Source of the DNA: Dipteris shenzhenensis
Lineage: Eukaryota
DNA length: 64,000 nucleotides
Assembly: GCA_047967505.1 (NCBI GenBank)
Contig: CM106538.1
Strand: one strand, 5' to 3'
The notes below the pieces were generated by a model that made no database searches, was not told the DNA's origin, and saw only the letters and a program-made list of their open reading frames with translations. A program made the translations under genes and the position numbers. Shown in pieces: positions 23,680 through 35,886 of the stretch. Positions within the stretch are counted from its first letter, which is position 1. Every line of letters starts with the position of its first letter.

Positions 23680-24688
23680 TGTTGTCTCTATGCCAACATG
23701 GACTTAGGTAGAACAGAATGTGTGTGTAGAGTAGTGGCAAAGCTCCGCTTGTGCTAAATAAGGCTAGAAATAATCCCTCTTAGAAATCCAACTTGCATGT
23801 TATACATGCGAGTTCTACATGCAAGTTCTACGTACGACTTCTACATACAACTCCTACATGCAATTCCTACATGCGAGTTGTACATGCGCATTCTACATGC
23901 AAGTTTTACATACGACTTCTACATACAACTCCTACATGCAACTCCTACATACAACTCCTACATGCAACTCCTACATGCGAGTTGTACATGCAAGTTCTAC
24001 ATATGACTTCTACATACAACTCCTACATGCAACTGCTACATGCGAGTTCTACATGTGAGTTCTACATGCAAGTTCTACATACGACTTCTACATGCAACTT
24101 CTATATGCAAGTTCTACATGTAGAGAGAGAATGTGTTACAATTCCTACATGCAGAGAGAGAAGCTCTCCAACTTCTATAAATACCCCATAATGGAATGAA
24201 GCCCACACTCTTTAGGGCATTGTGTTGAGTTCTACTTTGGTATTCGAAGCAATTGTCTCAAGTGTCCATGCTTCCTTGCACTCCACGTCCAAAAGCATGT
24301 CCTAACCTTGCAAGTCGTCCTCCCCTCTCCTCCAACCTTGCAACCCATCCTCTCCCTCTCCTCCTCCCTCCTCCTCCTCCCTCAACCTCCTCCTCCTCCC
24401 TCCTCCTCCCTTCTCCTCCTCCCTTCTCCTCCTCCCTCCTCCTCCTCCTCCCTCCTATCTCTTCGTTCCCCCATGCTCTTACACCTTCTTCCTCTCCCAC
24501 TCCTATGCTCCCCCTAAACCCTTAGCTCCTCAACCCTTAACCTCCATGATCTACGAGGGAGACGAGTTCTCCACCATGTACTCTACCTTGAACCTTGGAT
24601 CCTCCTTCTAACCTTGAAACCTCTTCTAAACTCTGAAACCTCTCTCTAAACCTTGGAACCTCCTTCTCACCCTTGAACCTCCTTCTAA
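23680..24688 (+). repeat. 3' LTR of gypsy B copy 1 (3'-truncated), with a 13-bp minisatellite
   Basis: Starts TGTTGTCTCT after a purine-rich GGGAGTA, forming an inverted match to the family LTR end AGAGCCAACA. Contains a CTACATGCAACTC/CTACATGCAAGTT array at ~23790-24120 and AACCTTGGAACCTCCTTCTA-type repeats. Confidence 0.92.
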
Positions 24689-24722
24689 TAGTTGGGACCG
24701 AAGTTGAAGGTTGTACAAAACC

Positions 24723-25112
24723 CTAAGAGGATCCAAGTGTACCACCATCTTGACCATCGATATTTGGTAATGCATCCCATATAGCCTTAAGATAACTCAA
24801 GGCATCACCTATATATGGATACTTTGCAGAATTCAACACTTCTCGTAAGAAGTACTTCTTAGAGTTTGTAGTCAACTTTAGTACACGCTGGCCCTTCATG
24901 TTGTCATCACATATGTCTATCATGAAGTCCCTGTGTGGAAATACATCCAACTTCAAGATAGCTCCAACATTTCCAATTGCTTGGCTAGAAAATTTGGGAC
25001 TTGTCACTTTCACTGAAGTGATAACAAGGTGGTAGCTCTTTGGCTTCTCCATCATAAACCAAGCATGATCTATGAATTTCTCATGAACAGGCACGGCCAT
25101 TACAAATTCCTG
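24723..25112 (-). other. Probable exon of an unidentified (likely TE-borne) gene
   Basis: A TTTCAG acceptor on minus is followed by a ~129-codon open frame of normal complexity (MAVPVHEKFIDHAWF...). No family recognised. Confidence 0.4.
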
Positions 25113-25296
25113 AAATTGTAAAACATATTACATAAGACACCCTCCTTAACCAAAGAATGAAAACAATAAAGGCCATAAATAAAAACTCAAATTTACATTT
25201 ATACATTAAGATAAATTTACTAAGACATTGCATAGTGCAATCGCTTTTAGTCCTATAGGGGTTATTTAAAATATTTGTAACACCAAGCATGCCAAG

Positions 25297-25796
25297 CATG
25301 GTAAGAATCAGGATGAGTTTCTTTCATGGATGGTGTCCATCAAGATTGGATTGTAATTTGCCTAAAACATTTGAGCCACCACAGGCATTGCTGCCTACTG
25401 CAATGACCCCTATGTCGTGGTGGTGGGAAATTGGAAGTACCAGGAAAGTCTGTATCCCAAGGGTTGGGATTCCTAGTTGATAAAAGAATATCAACAAGGC
25501 ACTCTCTATCCCAAGATTTGGGATGAGTTTCATGCAACATGGTAAGAATTTGGATGAGTTTCTGTGATGGATGGTGTCCATCAACAAGGCTAGAAGATTG
25601 GATTGTAGTTTGTCTAAAACATTTGAACCACCACGAGCATTGCCTAGTGCAATGACCCCTACCCCGTGGTGGTGGGAACCCGAAAGTACTGGAAAAGCGT
25701 TTATCCCAAGGGTTGGGATACCTTGTTGATAAAAGAGCATCAACAAGGCACTCTCTATCCCAAGAGTTGAGATGAGTTTCGTTAAGCATGGTAAGT
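25297..25796. repeat. Two-unit tandem repeat, ~249-bp period
   Basis: catggtaag anchors at ~25297, ~25538 and ~25787. ORF 25340-25804 repeats an 83-aa unit. Confidence 0.85.
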
Positions 25797-25859
25797 TCTA
25801 GCATAAAATTTTGATTGGTGGTTGAGACGATTGAGTGTCTAAGAATGAGGTGTTATACA

Positions 25860-26990
25860 CTAGTCCATATTTTAATCATAACATTATGTAATTTAAATAT
25901 ATACTTTAGTTCCAATTCTAACTAACATATATTCTAGACCTTATATTTCTTTAAGTTTAATGTACCTTACATTAATTCAATATATATATCTTATATAAAT
26001 TTATTTAAAAATATACCCTATATTCTAAATTACCACACTATGATTTTTAATATAATTTTCAATTCAAATAGAATATCTGATACTAGTCTTATTTCTTATA
26101 TTAATATAGAATAATTAACATAATCGATTTAAATTAACTAAATTAAACTAATTAACTTATCTAATATTAATACAAATAATATTAATATTAATATATATAT
26201 CTATTAGATAAACAACAAAGTGATTAATTAGATTTAATCTAATTAACTTAAATCTACAATTAATGTACTTACAATAATTAATTTAGCTAATTACATTAAT
26301 ATATCAAAGTCATCTAATTAATTAGATTAATCTATCACTAAATTAATGCTACAATTAATTGATTAATTACTCAATGTAATCAATATAATTAAATAACAAT
26401 TTTAATATTATTGTAACTAGTTAATTTAATTAACCTAACTTTAATCTAAATTAAATTTAATCTAGTTAGGCTAATATAGTTTTAAAAGATTAATCTAACG
26501 AGAATATTTGTATTACTCTAAAGTATACTAATATCATTTAATTCCATTAGGTTATTTATTGTGATTACTCAAGTAATGAACGTAAGCTACATTATTCTAA
26601 TTCATCTACCTTAATCTAATTAATTAAGTAATCTAACTAATCTAGATTAATCTACATAATTTAGTTATTAATTAATCTAATACCTAATTAACTTTCTTTT
26701 TTACCAATTAACCTAATTCTATATTTTTTTATTTTAATTATTCTACCTTATTCTAATTAATCTTCATTCCTCTATTTAATTAATCTACCTAATTAACGTA
26801 ATTAGTTAATTTAATTAATCTTTATTGTTCTAATTAATCCACCTAATTAAACTAATTAATTAACCTAACATGAACCAACCCTTAACAACGAACCTAACCT
26901 AGCCTCTAACTTCTAAACCTAACCTGGCGAGACCCACCCAAACCTAACCCAAGTAGCAACCTAACCTAATGCCTAACCTAGGGCCTAACA
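25860..26990. repeat. Extremely AT-rich low-complexity tract (TTAATTA / AACCT motifs)
   Basis: Composition is directly visible. Similar tracts lie at ~30010-30730, ~33580-33810 and ~48180-48520. Confidence 0.8.
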
Positions 26991-27923
26991 TGCACATGTT
27001 GGCTCCCTTGCCTATCTCCTCCCCTGCCTGCAAATGAAGCACCGGAACTCCTCGCATTCAAGAAGAGGCGAGCTCTAATCGAGAGGAGAGCAGTTGGTGA
27101 TGGAACATCTTCCTGCCATAGGAAAGCGAATAGGGAGGGAGCTAAGATGAGGCTATGGAGATTGAGCTCCAGCTTTGGCTATGGCGATGGCAAGCTCAAG
27201 CTGTGTGGCTATGGTGATGGCGCTCAAGCTCTAGCTATGGCGATGGCGAGCTCAAGCTCTGTGTAGTACCTTTCACCACCATCACCCGCATCCACTGGAA
27301 CTCCCTCCCTTCGTGGCTTTCCATGCCTCGCATCCTTACCCTCGATTTCCACACCCGTTTCTACTGCCTCTGCTCCATCTTCTTCATGCTTCGTGCCATC
27401 GACCACGTGCTCTCTACCTTTCTCTGGTTCATCCTCCCTGGGGGCTTTCTTGCCTCACCGCTCAGCTTGCCCGCCCCTCTCCAGGTTTCTGTGCAGGATT
27501 TCTAGGCGAAATGGAGGAAAACTATCGTTGTGGACATCGAGAAGCTCATAGAAGAAGACAATGATTTTGGTGGGCTTGGCAGAGTTCTACTGGAAGTTCT
27601 GGCATGACCAGACGGCTGAGCCATGGGTGCCTGTTACCGTTTGGCTAGTAGTTAGGCTGGGGTTGGAAATGCTGGAAGCCGTGCTAAAATCTAGCGATTC
27701 CTCCGTAGAGAAGAGTCGTCGGCTCAAGAAGAGTCTCGATACCATAATCTTTATAAAAGGTATAAAAGATTCGTATTGCCCATTACCACGCATCCATCGG
27801 TGCATCTCCTACAGTCGCATTCATTTTATACCTTTCCTCCTTTCTCCTGCCGTTTTGCTTTTCCACTTTCTCTAGAGGACGAGCATACTTGCCGTCCTCC
27901 CCTTCCATATCCTCGCAGCTTCA

Positions 27924-27966
<43 letters not shown>

Positions 27967-28706
27967 TTCCCTTCTCTGCATTTGCACCCTGTCTCGAAAA
28001 ACTGCCTTACTGAGATACCTTTCCGTGCTCCAATCTCACCCGATCGGGAGTTTGTTTCGCAGATTTGCATTTTCACAGCGATGGTACTCCACAAAGGTCA
28101 GATCCTTACCAAAAACCTTAGGTACTTGAATGTTCTAGACAATTAGAGGCGACAGTCATTCTCCCCTAGACAGAGTGCGGCCTTGGCATCATAGATCCAG
28201 AATTGCAGAGTTAGGCATTACTTGGCAAGTTAGTCATCCGCGGTCTGACCCCAGGAGGGCAGATGTGGAAGCTCCTGCTTCAGCATGGCCTCAGCGCGTG
28301 TATCCCCCAGAGAGGGGGTGATTGGTAGCCATCTATCTAGTGGATCTTCACTTCTGCCCCACTGACTCAGCCCCACTCCCCCTTCCTCCGTAGCCTCGTC
28401 TCGGTCTGGAGGAAGTTGTGACACAGCCTCTCCCAGGTTCCCCCTAGCTGCTGAGAGGAGATAGACAGACAGCCCCTGATCTGGAGCAGCCAGGTGACAG
28501 ATGATACAGGTCGCCAGCTTTGAGAGAGATCCCATATCCCTTGGGCGCTCTGGGCGCGTGGACCCACGCGCTCGCTCCGGGTTTGGAGGGACGTCTATAG
28601 CCAACTGAGCCCAGGCGAGCTAGCAACAGCAGTAGGTACAGCACGTGGGATCCAGGCTCAGCGAGCGGAGATCGATGTTGCCATTCCTATAGGTTGGAGG
28701 ATTCCC

Positions 28707-28942
28707 ATGATCACTAGGCCTCCCTCATCATGAGACTTCAACTGCAAAGCAGTCTTGATGTGGACGATGTATGACTTCCCAGGCTATGGCAAGTGTTTAG
28801 GTAAGCATTGCACTTTTAATTATGAGTAGGCAATCGATATGGCATCCTAAACCCACCTTGAACTCTTAATTGCGTCTATTGTTCAGGTCTCACTACATCG
28901 GGTTGTCCTGTTTGTGGTCCTTTACTGTCAGGTGCCAAGTCA
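28707..28942 (+). pseudogene. CACTA/En-Spm TnpD (Transposase_21-type) fragment with an intron
   Basis: Manual translation DFNCKAVLMWTMYDFPGYGKCL, then a GT-AG intron at 28801-28886, then GLTTSGCPVCG. This matches the CACTA W(T/S)xxDFPxYGxxSG...CPxC motif. Confidence 0.85.
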
Positions 28943-29330
28943 TGTAATGGAATAGATTAGGTCCTCAATTAATAATACTTGCCGAACTATGTAGCTGGGC
29001 TGGGTTGGAGAATGGCAAGAATCATGGTGTTAGGCACAGCTAGTTAGCATAACCACTAGTGTAATTGACATAACTAGAGTATCCAAGGCAGTGTGAGTCG
29101 GTGATGAACATGTATATATATTGGGTTTGTATCCATTTTATCCTCTTATTTTCTTCATGGTATCAGAGAAGCCTTGAGATCGAGAGATTCAATTTTTTCT
29201 CCACATCTTAGATTCCAACTTCCTAGATTAACAATATTGCCCTTATTTCCCTTACTTTACCCTTACATTAGCATGGCCAAAGTTGAGAGGAATGTGATAG
29301 CATCAACCTCATCCAGGTTCAAAAGAAGTA
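28943..29330 (+). mobile_element. Truncated LTR retrotransposon 5' end (LTR ~215 bp, Met-PBS, possible gag start) interrupting the CACTA transposase
   Basis: TGTAATGG at 28943, where the transposase frame ends. ...CTTCA ends at 29157 and is followed by TGGTATCAGAG at 29158-29168. Confidence 0.6.
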
Positions 29331-29877
29331 GTTTTTAAAATACCATTTTTACACATTTTTCAAATACAAACTAAGGATATCATATTCACAGATTGAATAG
29401 AAAAAGGGTAATTGTTCGATGGCTTTATTAGCAGATCTACGGTTTGTCCAAAAATGCTTTTGGAAAAGCCATATGTGTGAGTTCTTATGCTGATGTAGGG
29501 TCGACCTGCATCCACATTCCTTAATCTCTCAATGGCCATCCCAATCCGAGCTTCCCGTTTCCCCCCTTGCATCATCAGAAGCTGTGGAGCTTCCCATCAT
29601 TGCGCAGTGCTCAGTAGATGCAATGCTCCAAATGCTCAGATTTTGGTTTTGAGTGGGATTAGAAAGCAGGAATTCCCAAGGATAGGAAAAAGTTAAAATT
29701 TAAAATGTTAGTGTAAAAGAGAGGGAAAAACGGGGGGAAGAGTTTTTTTGACAGGGATAGGATTATATAAAGAGAGAGTGTCAGTCATTTTTGGCAAGTA
29801 CCAGCTAGTCGGAAGGCTTCCAACTTCTAATGAGATTCTCAAAAAAAATCGAAAATCAAAATGAAGGTAATGTGAAA

Positions 29878-30906
29878 CATATGGCGTACGCCACATCTCT
29901 TTGTTTTAAACATGTAGCTCAATTAGGGAAAGAATACAAAATTGAACAAAATGATTAATTCACATATGGTGTACGCCATATCTCCTTTTTTTTTGAACAT
30001 GTACATAATTTAGCAAAATGATAATTAAATTCAATAAATTTTAGATTAATTATATTAGCTTGCTTAATTGGTTAAATTTATTTAATTTATTTATTTAATT
30101 AAAATATTAATAATTTTTTATTTATTTAAAACATAGATTAGTTAGATTAATCAAATGAATTATTTTGATTAGTTAATCACTAATTAGATTAGTTAATCAG
30201 TACAATTAGACAAATTATTTTGATTAATCTTGCTAAATAAATGTACTTAATTAAAATATAATTATGTAAATTTAATTGAATTAGGTTGGATTAATTATAC
30301 TATGCTAAGGTTAACTTTTAATTACATTAATTAAAATAATCTAATCTAATTTAATTAATTATTTTAATTATGTAAATTTAATTCATTTAATTTTTAAAAT
30401 AAATTTCTTTAGTTTAATTTATTGAATTAACTTATTTAATTAAAATATAATCACCTAAATTTAATTAAATTAGGTGAATTAGTTTGGTTTAACTTGATTT
30501 TTTAATTTGGTTAGGTTAACTAATTAATTAAGATTAATTAATAAATTTAGTAATTAGATTAGTTTGATTTAGTTAATTTAATTTGCTTCATTTAACTAAA
30601 GTAATTAATTAAATTGATCTAAGAAATTGATAATTGGATTCATCAAGTAGATATCTGAGTAATTGATTAATTAGATTAGTTAAGTAGATAATATAATTAA
30701 TTAGATTTATTACTCTCATTTGATTAATTAAGGATGCTTCCTTTGAAGGTGTGGCTCAAGCCACACCTTCATTTAAATAGTTCTAATTCTAAGAATAAAA
30801 ATAAAAATCTTTACTTTTGAATTGAAAATAATATAACATATGGCGTACGTCATATGTTGTTTTAGAGAAGGCTTCCTTTAAAGGTGTGGCTTAAGCCACA
30901 CCTTTA
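29878..30906. promoter_or_regulatory. Cluster of two kinds of GC-containing palindromes in AT-rich DNA (putative protein-binding sites)
   Basis: ATATGGCGTACGCCATAT-like at 29878-29896, 29964-29981 and 30835-30858. AAGGTGTGGCTTAAGCCACACCTT-like at 30744-30771 and 30879-30906. Confidence 0.55.
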
Positions 30907-31723
30907 TCTAAGTATTTCTAAATTTGAGAAAAAAATTCATTGTGATAGCAAAAAATGAGGGTTTTTAAAAAAAGGTTTCTACTTTGATTTTCTAATAAAG
31001 TTCTTTCCAAAAAACATAAATTCACTTTTGAAGGATATTTCAATTTTATATGTTTTTCCCAATTTATTTTCTAGATTTTTTAATGTTTTTTCCAATTTAT
31101 TAGCAAAAATGAGGTTTTTTCAAAAAAGGTTTACAGATTTTGAACTTTTTCCAAAAAAATATAATTTCACATTTGGATTTTTTTTCGATTTGATAGCTCA
31201 AAATGAGGGTTTCCTGTAAGAATTCTTCACAGTTTGTTTATTTTAGTTTAATTTAAAAAAGACAAGATTTTAAAAAAATTACTTATACATTTTCATTTTT
31301 TTCTTTATTTTTTTCCATCAAATTAGGGTTTAGGATTTCATTAAGAAAAAAGGGAAATATGTGTTTCTAACCATGCAAGTGGTGTTCCGAGGGTATGATA
31401 CTTTGAAAGGGCTTACATTAAGGCCTATGCAAAGTATCATGCTCATCGAAAACACAAGAAGCATGTTTTATGCTTTTAATACTCATCCATTATGCATGAT
31501 TTCAAGTAATTGAACAAGGAAATATGCATGTCCAACTGTGTAAATGATATTCCAGTTGTCTGATACATTGCACATGCCTTAATCTTATTAAAGTTAGGCT
31601 TGTGGAAAGCATCATGTCCATCAAAGATAGATACATAGGTTAGAAATACACCCTTGCATGATTCATGGGAAGAAAGATGAGTACCAGGACCTGTCTAGAT
31701 GAGTTAGAGATGCACTCCACTGG

Positions 31724-31770
<47 letters not shown>

Positions 31771-32030
31771 AGTGTGTCAAGCTACATTTACTAACTCCCC
31801 TCACACACACACATGCGTGCATGTGAGCATGTGCCTGGACCCGCGCATACACACATATATATATATATATAATTTTTAAATATGTATAATATATATGTAT
31901 ATTATATAATATGTATATATGTATTATTTTAATATGTATATATGTATATTATATAATATGTATTATTTTAATATGTATATATGTATATTATATAATATGT
32001 ATATATGTATTATATAATATGTATATATGT
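31724..32030. repeat. Compound microsatellites (CT)n(CA)n, (TA)n and a ~22-24-bp AT minisatellite
   Basis: Directly visible. Confidence 0.9.
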
Positions 32031-32228
32031 ATTAACTGTAATAAATATTATATTCAAATCTTAATTTAAATACTTTTAAAATAAATATATATTAACCAAA
32101 TATATTATTTTACTCTTTTGAGTTTAGGGTTAGGGTTTAGATCTTAAACACTTTAATTATTTTAGAAAAATTTATATTATATTATCTATTTTCATTACTA
32201 AATTAAATGATCTTTATTTCCAGTGCAG

Positions 32229-33277
32229 GATTTCCCTCCTCTTTCCCTGTTCAAGAGGGTTTAGATGTGGTATTGTATAGAAAAAATGGAGTGGTTGCCT
32301 TTGGGCAAATATAGAGTCTTGATCCCATGAGCTTGTGTCACTTTCAACATTGTGGTGAGAAAAAGTGTGTGACAATAATCACTAAGGTGATTTGCCCCGA
32401 AGTGGATTTGAAGTATCCGCAAGGAGATTTTGAAACACTTGGTGATTTACTAGAATGTCAGGTTATTGACATACAAGCACAACAAATGCATTGGGATTGG
32501 GATGAGATCATCCCAAAGTCTCTTCTTCATAGTCATGATATTACATTTCAAACCGTTCTTGAGGGAGAAAAGGTTGATATTTTGTCTTGGTCAAGAGAAG
32601 TACTAGGAGTTGGCACATTTATGGGCTATGCTCACAATATACTTTGCATGATCAAGATTATTAAGTTGACAAGTGAAGGAATTATTCAAAGTGCAATGGA
32701 TTATGGTGAATCACAGTTACAGGTGCAGAATACTATCACTTGGGGGGTAGCATTCATGAAATCCCATGTGTTTATAACGGTATCTTTCAATGTGATGGAT
32801 GACAAAAGTCTAATGTACTACCAAAATAATAGATCACATTTAAAGGGCACCCAATGTAACAGTAATGCACTAACAGAAAGCAATGATGCTGGTCATGAAG
32901 TGATTATTGGAATAGAGGATATTGATTATGCTTGTGCGACAAGTGATGCAGTAACAAGGGTCAATGATAAAGTTAGTGATATTTGTCATGAAGTGCTCAT
33001 TGGAATAGAGGATATTGATGCTGTTTGTAGGACAAGCGATGTAGTAACAAGAGTTAATGATAAATTTAGTGATACTGATCATGAAGCACTTACAAGAGTA
33101 GAGGATATTGATGCCATTTGTGGGATAAGCGATGCAATAACTGGGATCGATGATGATAATAATGATATTGGCCATGAAGTTCTCACTGGGCTAGAAGACA
33201 TAGATGCAATTTGTGGGACACGGATTGTTTCAAACATTGGTCATGATGTTCACACTAAAATGGAGCTGATTCAATGA
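32229..33277 (+). pseudogene. CACTA TnpA-like exon (tandem Tnp1/En/Spm-like domains) followed by 31-aa repeats
   Basis: Acceptor at 32227-28. Translation VVLYRKNGVVAFGQI*SLDPMSLCHF...VTIITKV...KYPQGDFETLGDLL...MHW resembles the TnpA C-terminal domain. A second weaker copy follows (GEKVDILSWSREVLGVG...ITW), then a 93-bp repeat about 3.6 times at ~32885-33220. Confidence 0.65.
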
Positions 33278-34187
33278 CATACTTTTGGATTCAAACTATT
33301 GGGTTCAATGAACTCAATGTCTAAATGTTTGCCATTTCCAAGTTATTACAGATCGACAAATAGTTCTCAAGGCCATTCAACATTTGACTTCACGAATGAA
33401 GATGTAGGAGAAATGCAGTCTGAAATGGACAATGATGTCATGTCGAATAGACTGAAGCATTAAAGCAAATATGCCCTATGTGGCGGTCCCCTCTCGGTGA
33501 TCTTATACATCATTTTTCGAAATGGTGTATCTTTACACCACCTCTATGTTGATATGAACAACTCTTGAGTTCTATCTATTAATAATTAAGCTTAAATTAA
33601 GAAATTAATAATGAATTAATCAAAAAACTAGTTAGTAATAAAAGTAATTAATAATTAAAGAATTAACAAAAATAATAAGAATGAATAAGTTAATAATTAA
33701 TAATAATAATATTTAGTAATAGAAAAGGATTAGTAATAAAAATTAAACAATAAAAATTAATAATGAAAGAATTAATTATAAATTTAAAAAATAACTAAAA
33801 ACTAGCTAGTAATAGAATGCTCAAGCATTAGGTGGACATGTAAGGATCAAGCCCTATGTGGCCACATATTAAGGGGTGTGTCACATGTGGCCCCTCACAT
33901 TCACTTTCCCGCTCACTATACCTGTACCTTTGCTTCCACAGATCATAATTTGCAGAGATAGATATATATAGTGTTGTAAAAACACCCTTTTTATACTCTA
34001 CTAGGTCAATATCAAGTGGAGGTGATTGGTTTGGGAAAAAAGTCCAAAACAAGAGAAAAAGTCCAAAAATTCTAAATACAATGTTGGTGTGAATTATCGA
34101 CTCCATCAACACTCGGCTATTGTGCAAGTTTTGGTGGGTGTTAGGCTGCACTGATGTCAGAGTTCCTTATTCTCTCTAGCTCAGGAG

Positions 34188-35092
34188 GGCTCGGGATAGA
34201 TCGACGTGGGGTCTCTTTGTCCTATGTGACAATGGACCCCACAGCCTACTCACAATCTCCTCGCCCACCCGGAAAGCAAAGGGAGCCCTTAGCCAGCTCG
34301 CCTACCCCTCCTTGTTCCTACCCCTCCTTGCAAAGTTCTTGTGCTTGGAGCGACCCAGCCAGCTAGCTTGAGCTGCAGCTTGCATAGGAACTTGAAGCCA
34401 ATGAGCCATTGTAGTGGGCAGTGAACTCCCACTCAATGTTGAGAGATGTTGCAAACTCTCTGTAGTCTCCTCGTGGCTATGCAAGATCAAGTTCCATAGT
34501 GTCGCTAAAATTCAAGGATTGATGTCCTCTAGGGTCAGGATGATCGCCTTAAAAAAAGGGCCATTGCAAGGGTGATATTCGAGATAGCTCTCTTTGAGAG
34601 CATCATGAAGAACCTTTGGCTAGTGTTGCCATTGCTACTATAACTTAGGGCAGTCACGCAAAGCACCAGATGTTTAGGGGCAGATGATTTCCAAGCTAAG
34701 CCCATTTTCACGGCAAAGTATATGAATGGATCTGGATCTCCTGCACTAAGCGATTGTGGGGAGATGATGGGTTTGGTGTGTTCTTGCCACGACGAGATGA
34801 AATTTTACAAATGATGAGGTCTCCGACATTAACATTGAAGTGAAGATTTCGTGCTGCTATAGTACACACAAGATTTTTTCCAAAGATGCAATACATAGAG
34901 CTTAATAGAAGTTGCTTGGTTTTGTGGGTCCCCGAGGCGTGGACCGAGGCAAGACATGGTTAGTAGGAGTTGATTCATTAGCTACTCCGTTGGCTTTCTG
35001 AGAGGGGGGAAAGATTGTCACAGTAGCTAAGGTTGATATAGGGTCCATCGTCACATAAGAAAAAAGGACCTCGCATCGATCTACCTTGAGCC
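34188..35092. repeat. Diverged ~52-bp inverted repeat pair (34188-34239 / 35041-35092)
   Basis: ggctcgggatagatcgacgtggggtctctttgtcctatgtgacaatggaccc versus the reverse complement ggctcaaggtagatcgatgcgaggtccttttttcttatgtgacgatggaccc. Confidence 0.7.
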
Positions 35093-35886
35093 ATTCAGGA
35101 GGTCCATGTATGTCTGTTTGGCTTTAGGGAAAGGGCCTGGGGAGCCCTTTCAGGAGAGGGAAGCCCCGGGAAGGTAGACAAGCAGCCAGAGGCTACCAGC
35201 CACCTTTTTCAGTGGCTTCCCGACCAAAAAGGGTGACCCTGGCCCTTTCTCGGCATCAAGGGTCTGAGGGAGGAGGTTAACGTGTGTTAGTGCATGTAAA
35301 TTTTTTTTTAATGAGACTGGCACGTGGCAGTCGGTTCGTGGTTTTTGAATGTGGTGGTTGTGAAGATAGTGGGAGAGAGGAAAGGAGTCTCACTTGCAGC
35401 TTTCTCACATACACAATGGGGGAATACACACAAAGGTGGAGGCTGAAAACAGTTTTTCTCTTCTTAGTTGTGAAAGCCAAAAGAACTTTAGTACAAAGAA
35501 ATAGAAGAACCCTATATGGGGTCTCAAACCAAACTCAGCTAACTAAGGTGGCATACTAACTGAGCCACAAACTAGAGTACATAAGGATAGCTTTCATCCA
35601 GCTATTATTCATGGGCAGTGTACCAACCGCATCTACAGCTAACAAGTTGGTGACATAAATGCACAATGGTCACCCTGGCGTATCACGAGTGGAGCTCGAT
35701 ATCTCAACACTCCCCCTCGAGCTCAATCCCAATTCCTGCACACCAAGCAGGTCTCTGAACTTGTGTAGCTTCTCTGCGCCCAATGCCTTCGTGAATATGT
35801 CAGCTACCTGATCCTCTATGTTGACATAAACTAGATCAATAAGACCTAGTAAAACCTTCTCCCGCACATAGTGATAATGCACCTCA

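Larger units (their letters stand above)
7774..24688 (+). mobile_element. Ty3/gypsy Athila/Tat-like LTR retrotransposon, family B, copy 1 (nested insertions and deletion; both LTRs truncated)
   Basis: 5' LTR part 7774-8755, PBS, pyrimidine-rich leader, RT-RH-IN at 17153-19570, extra ORF, 3' LTR part 23680-24688. Colinear with 45893-60504. That both halves belong to one insertion is inferred, since no TSD can be tested. Confidence 0.8.

Noticed and set aside
23790-24120. Regular short repeats as a possible CRISPR array
   Set aside because: The units are contiguous with no unique spacers, lie inside a eukaryotic LTR, and no cas genes are present.
27000-28700. GC-richer ORFs (27313-27875, 28230-28604) as host genes
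   Set aside because: No recognisable domain or consistent exon chain. Probably decayed TE sequence.
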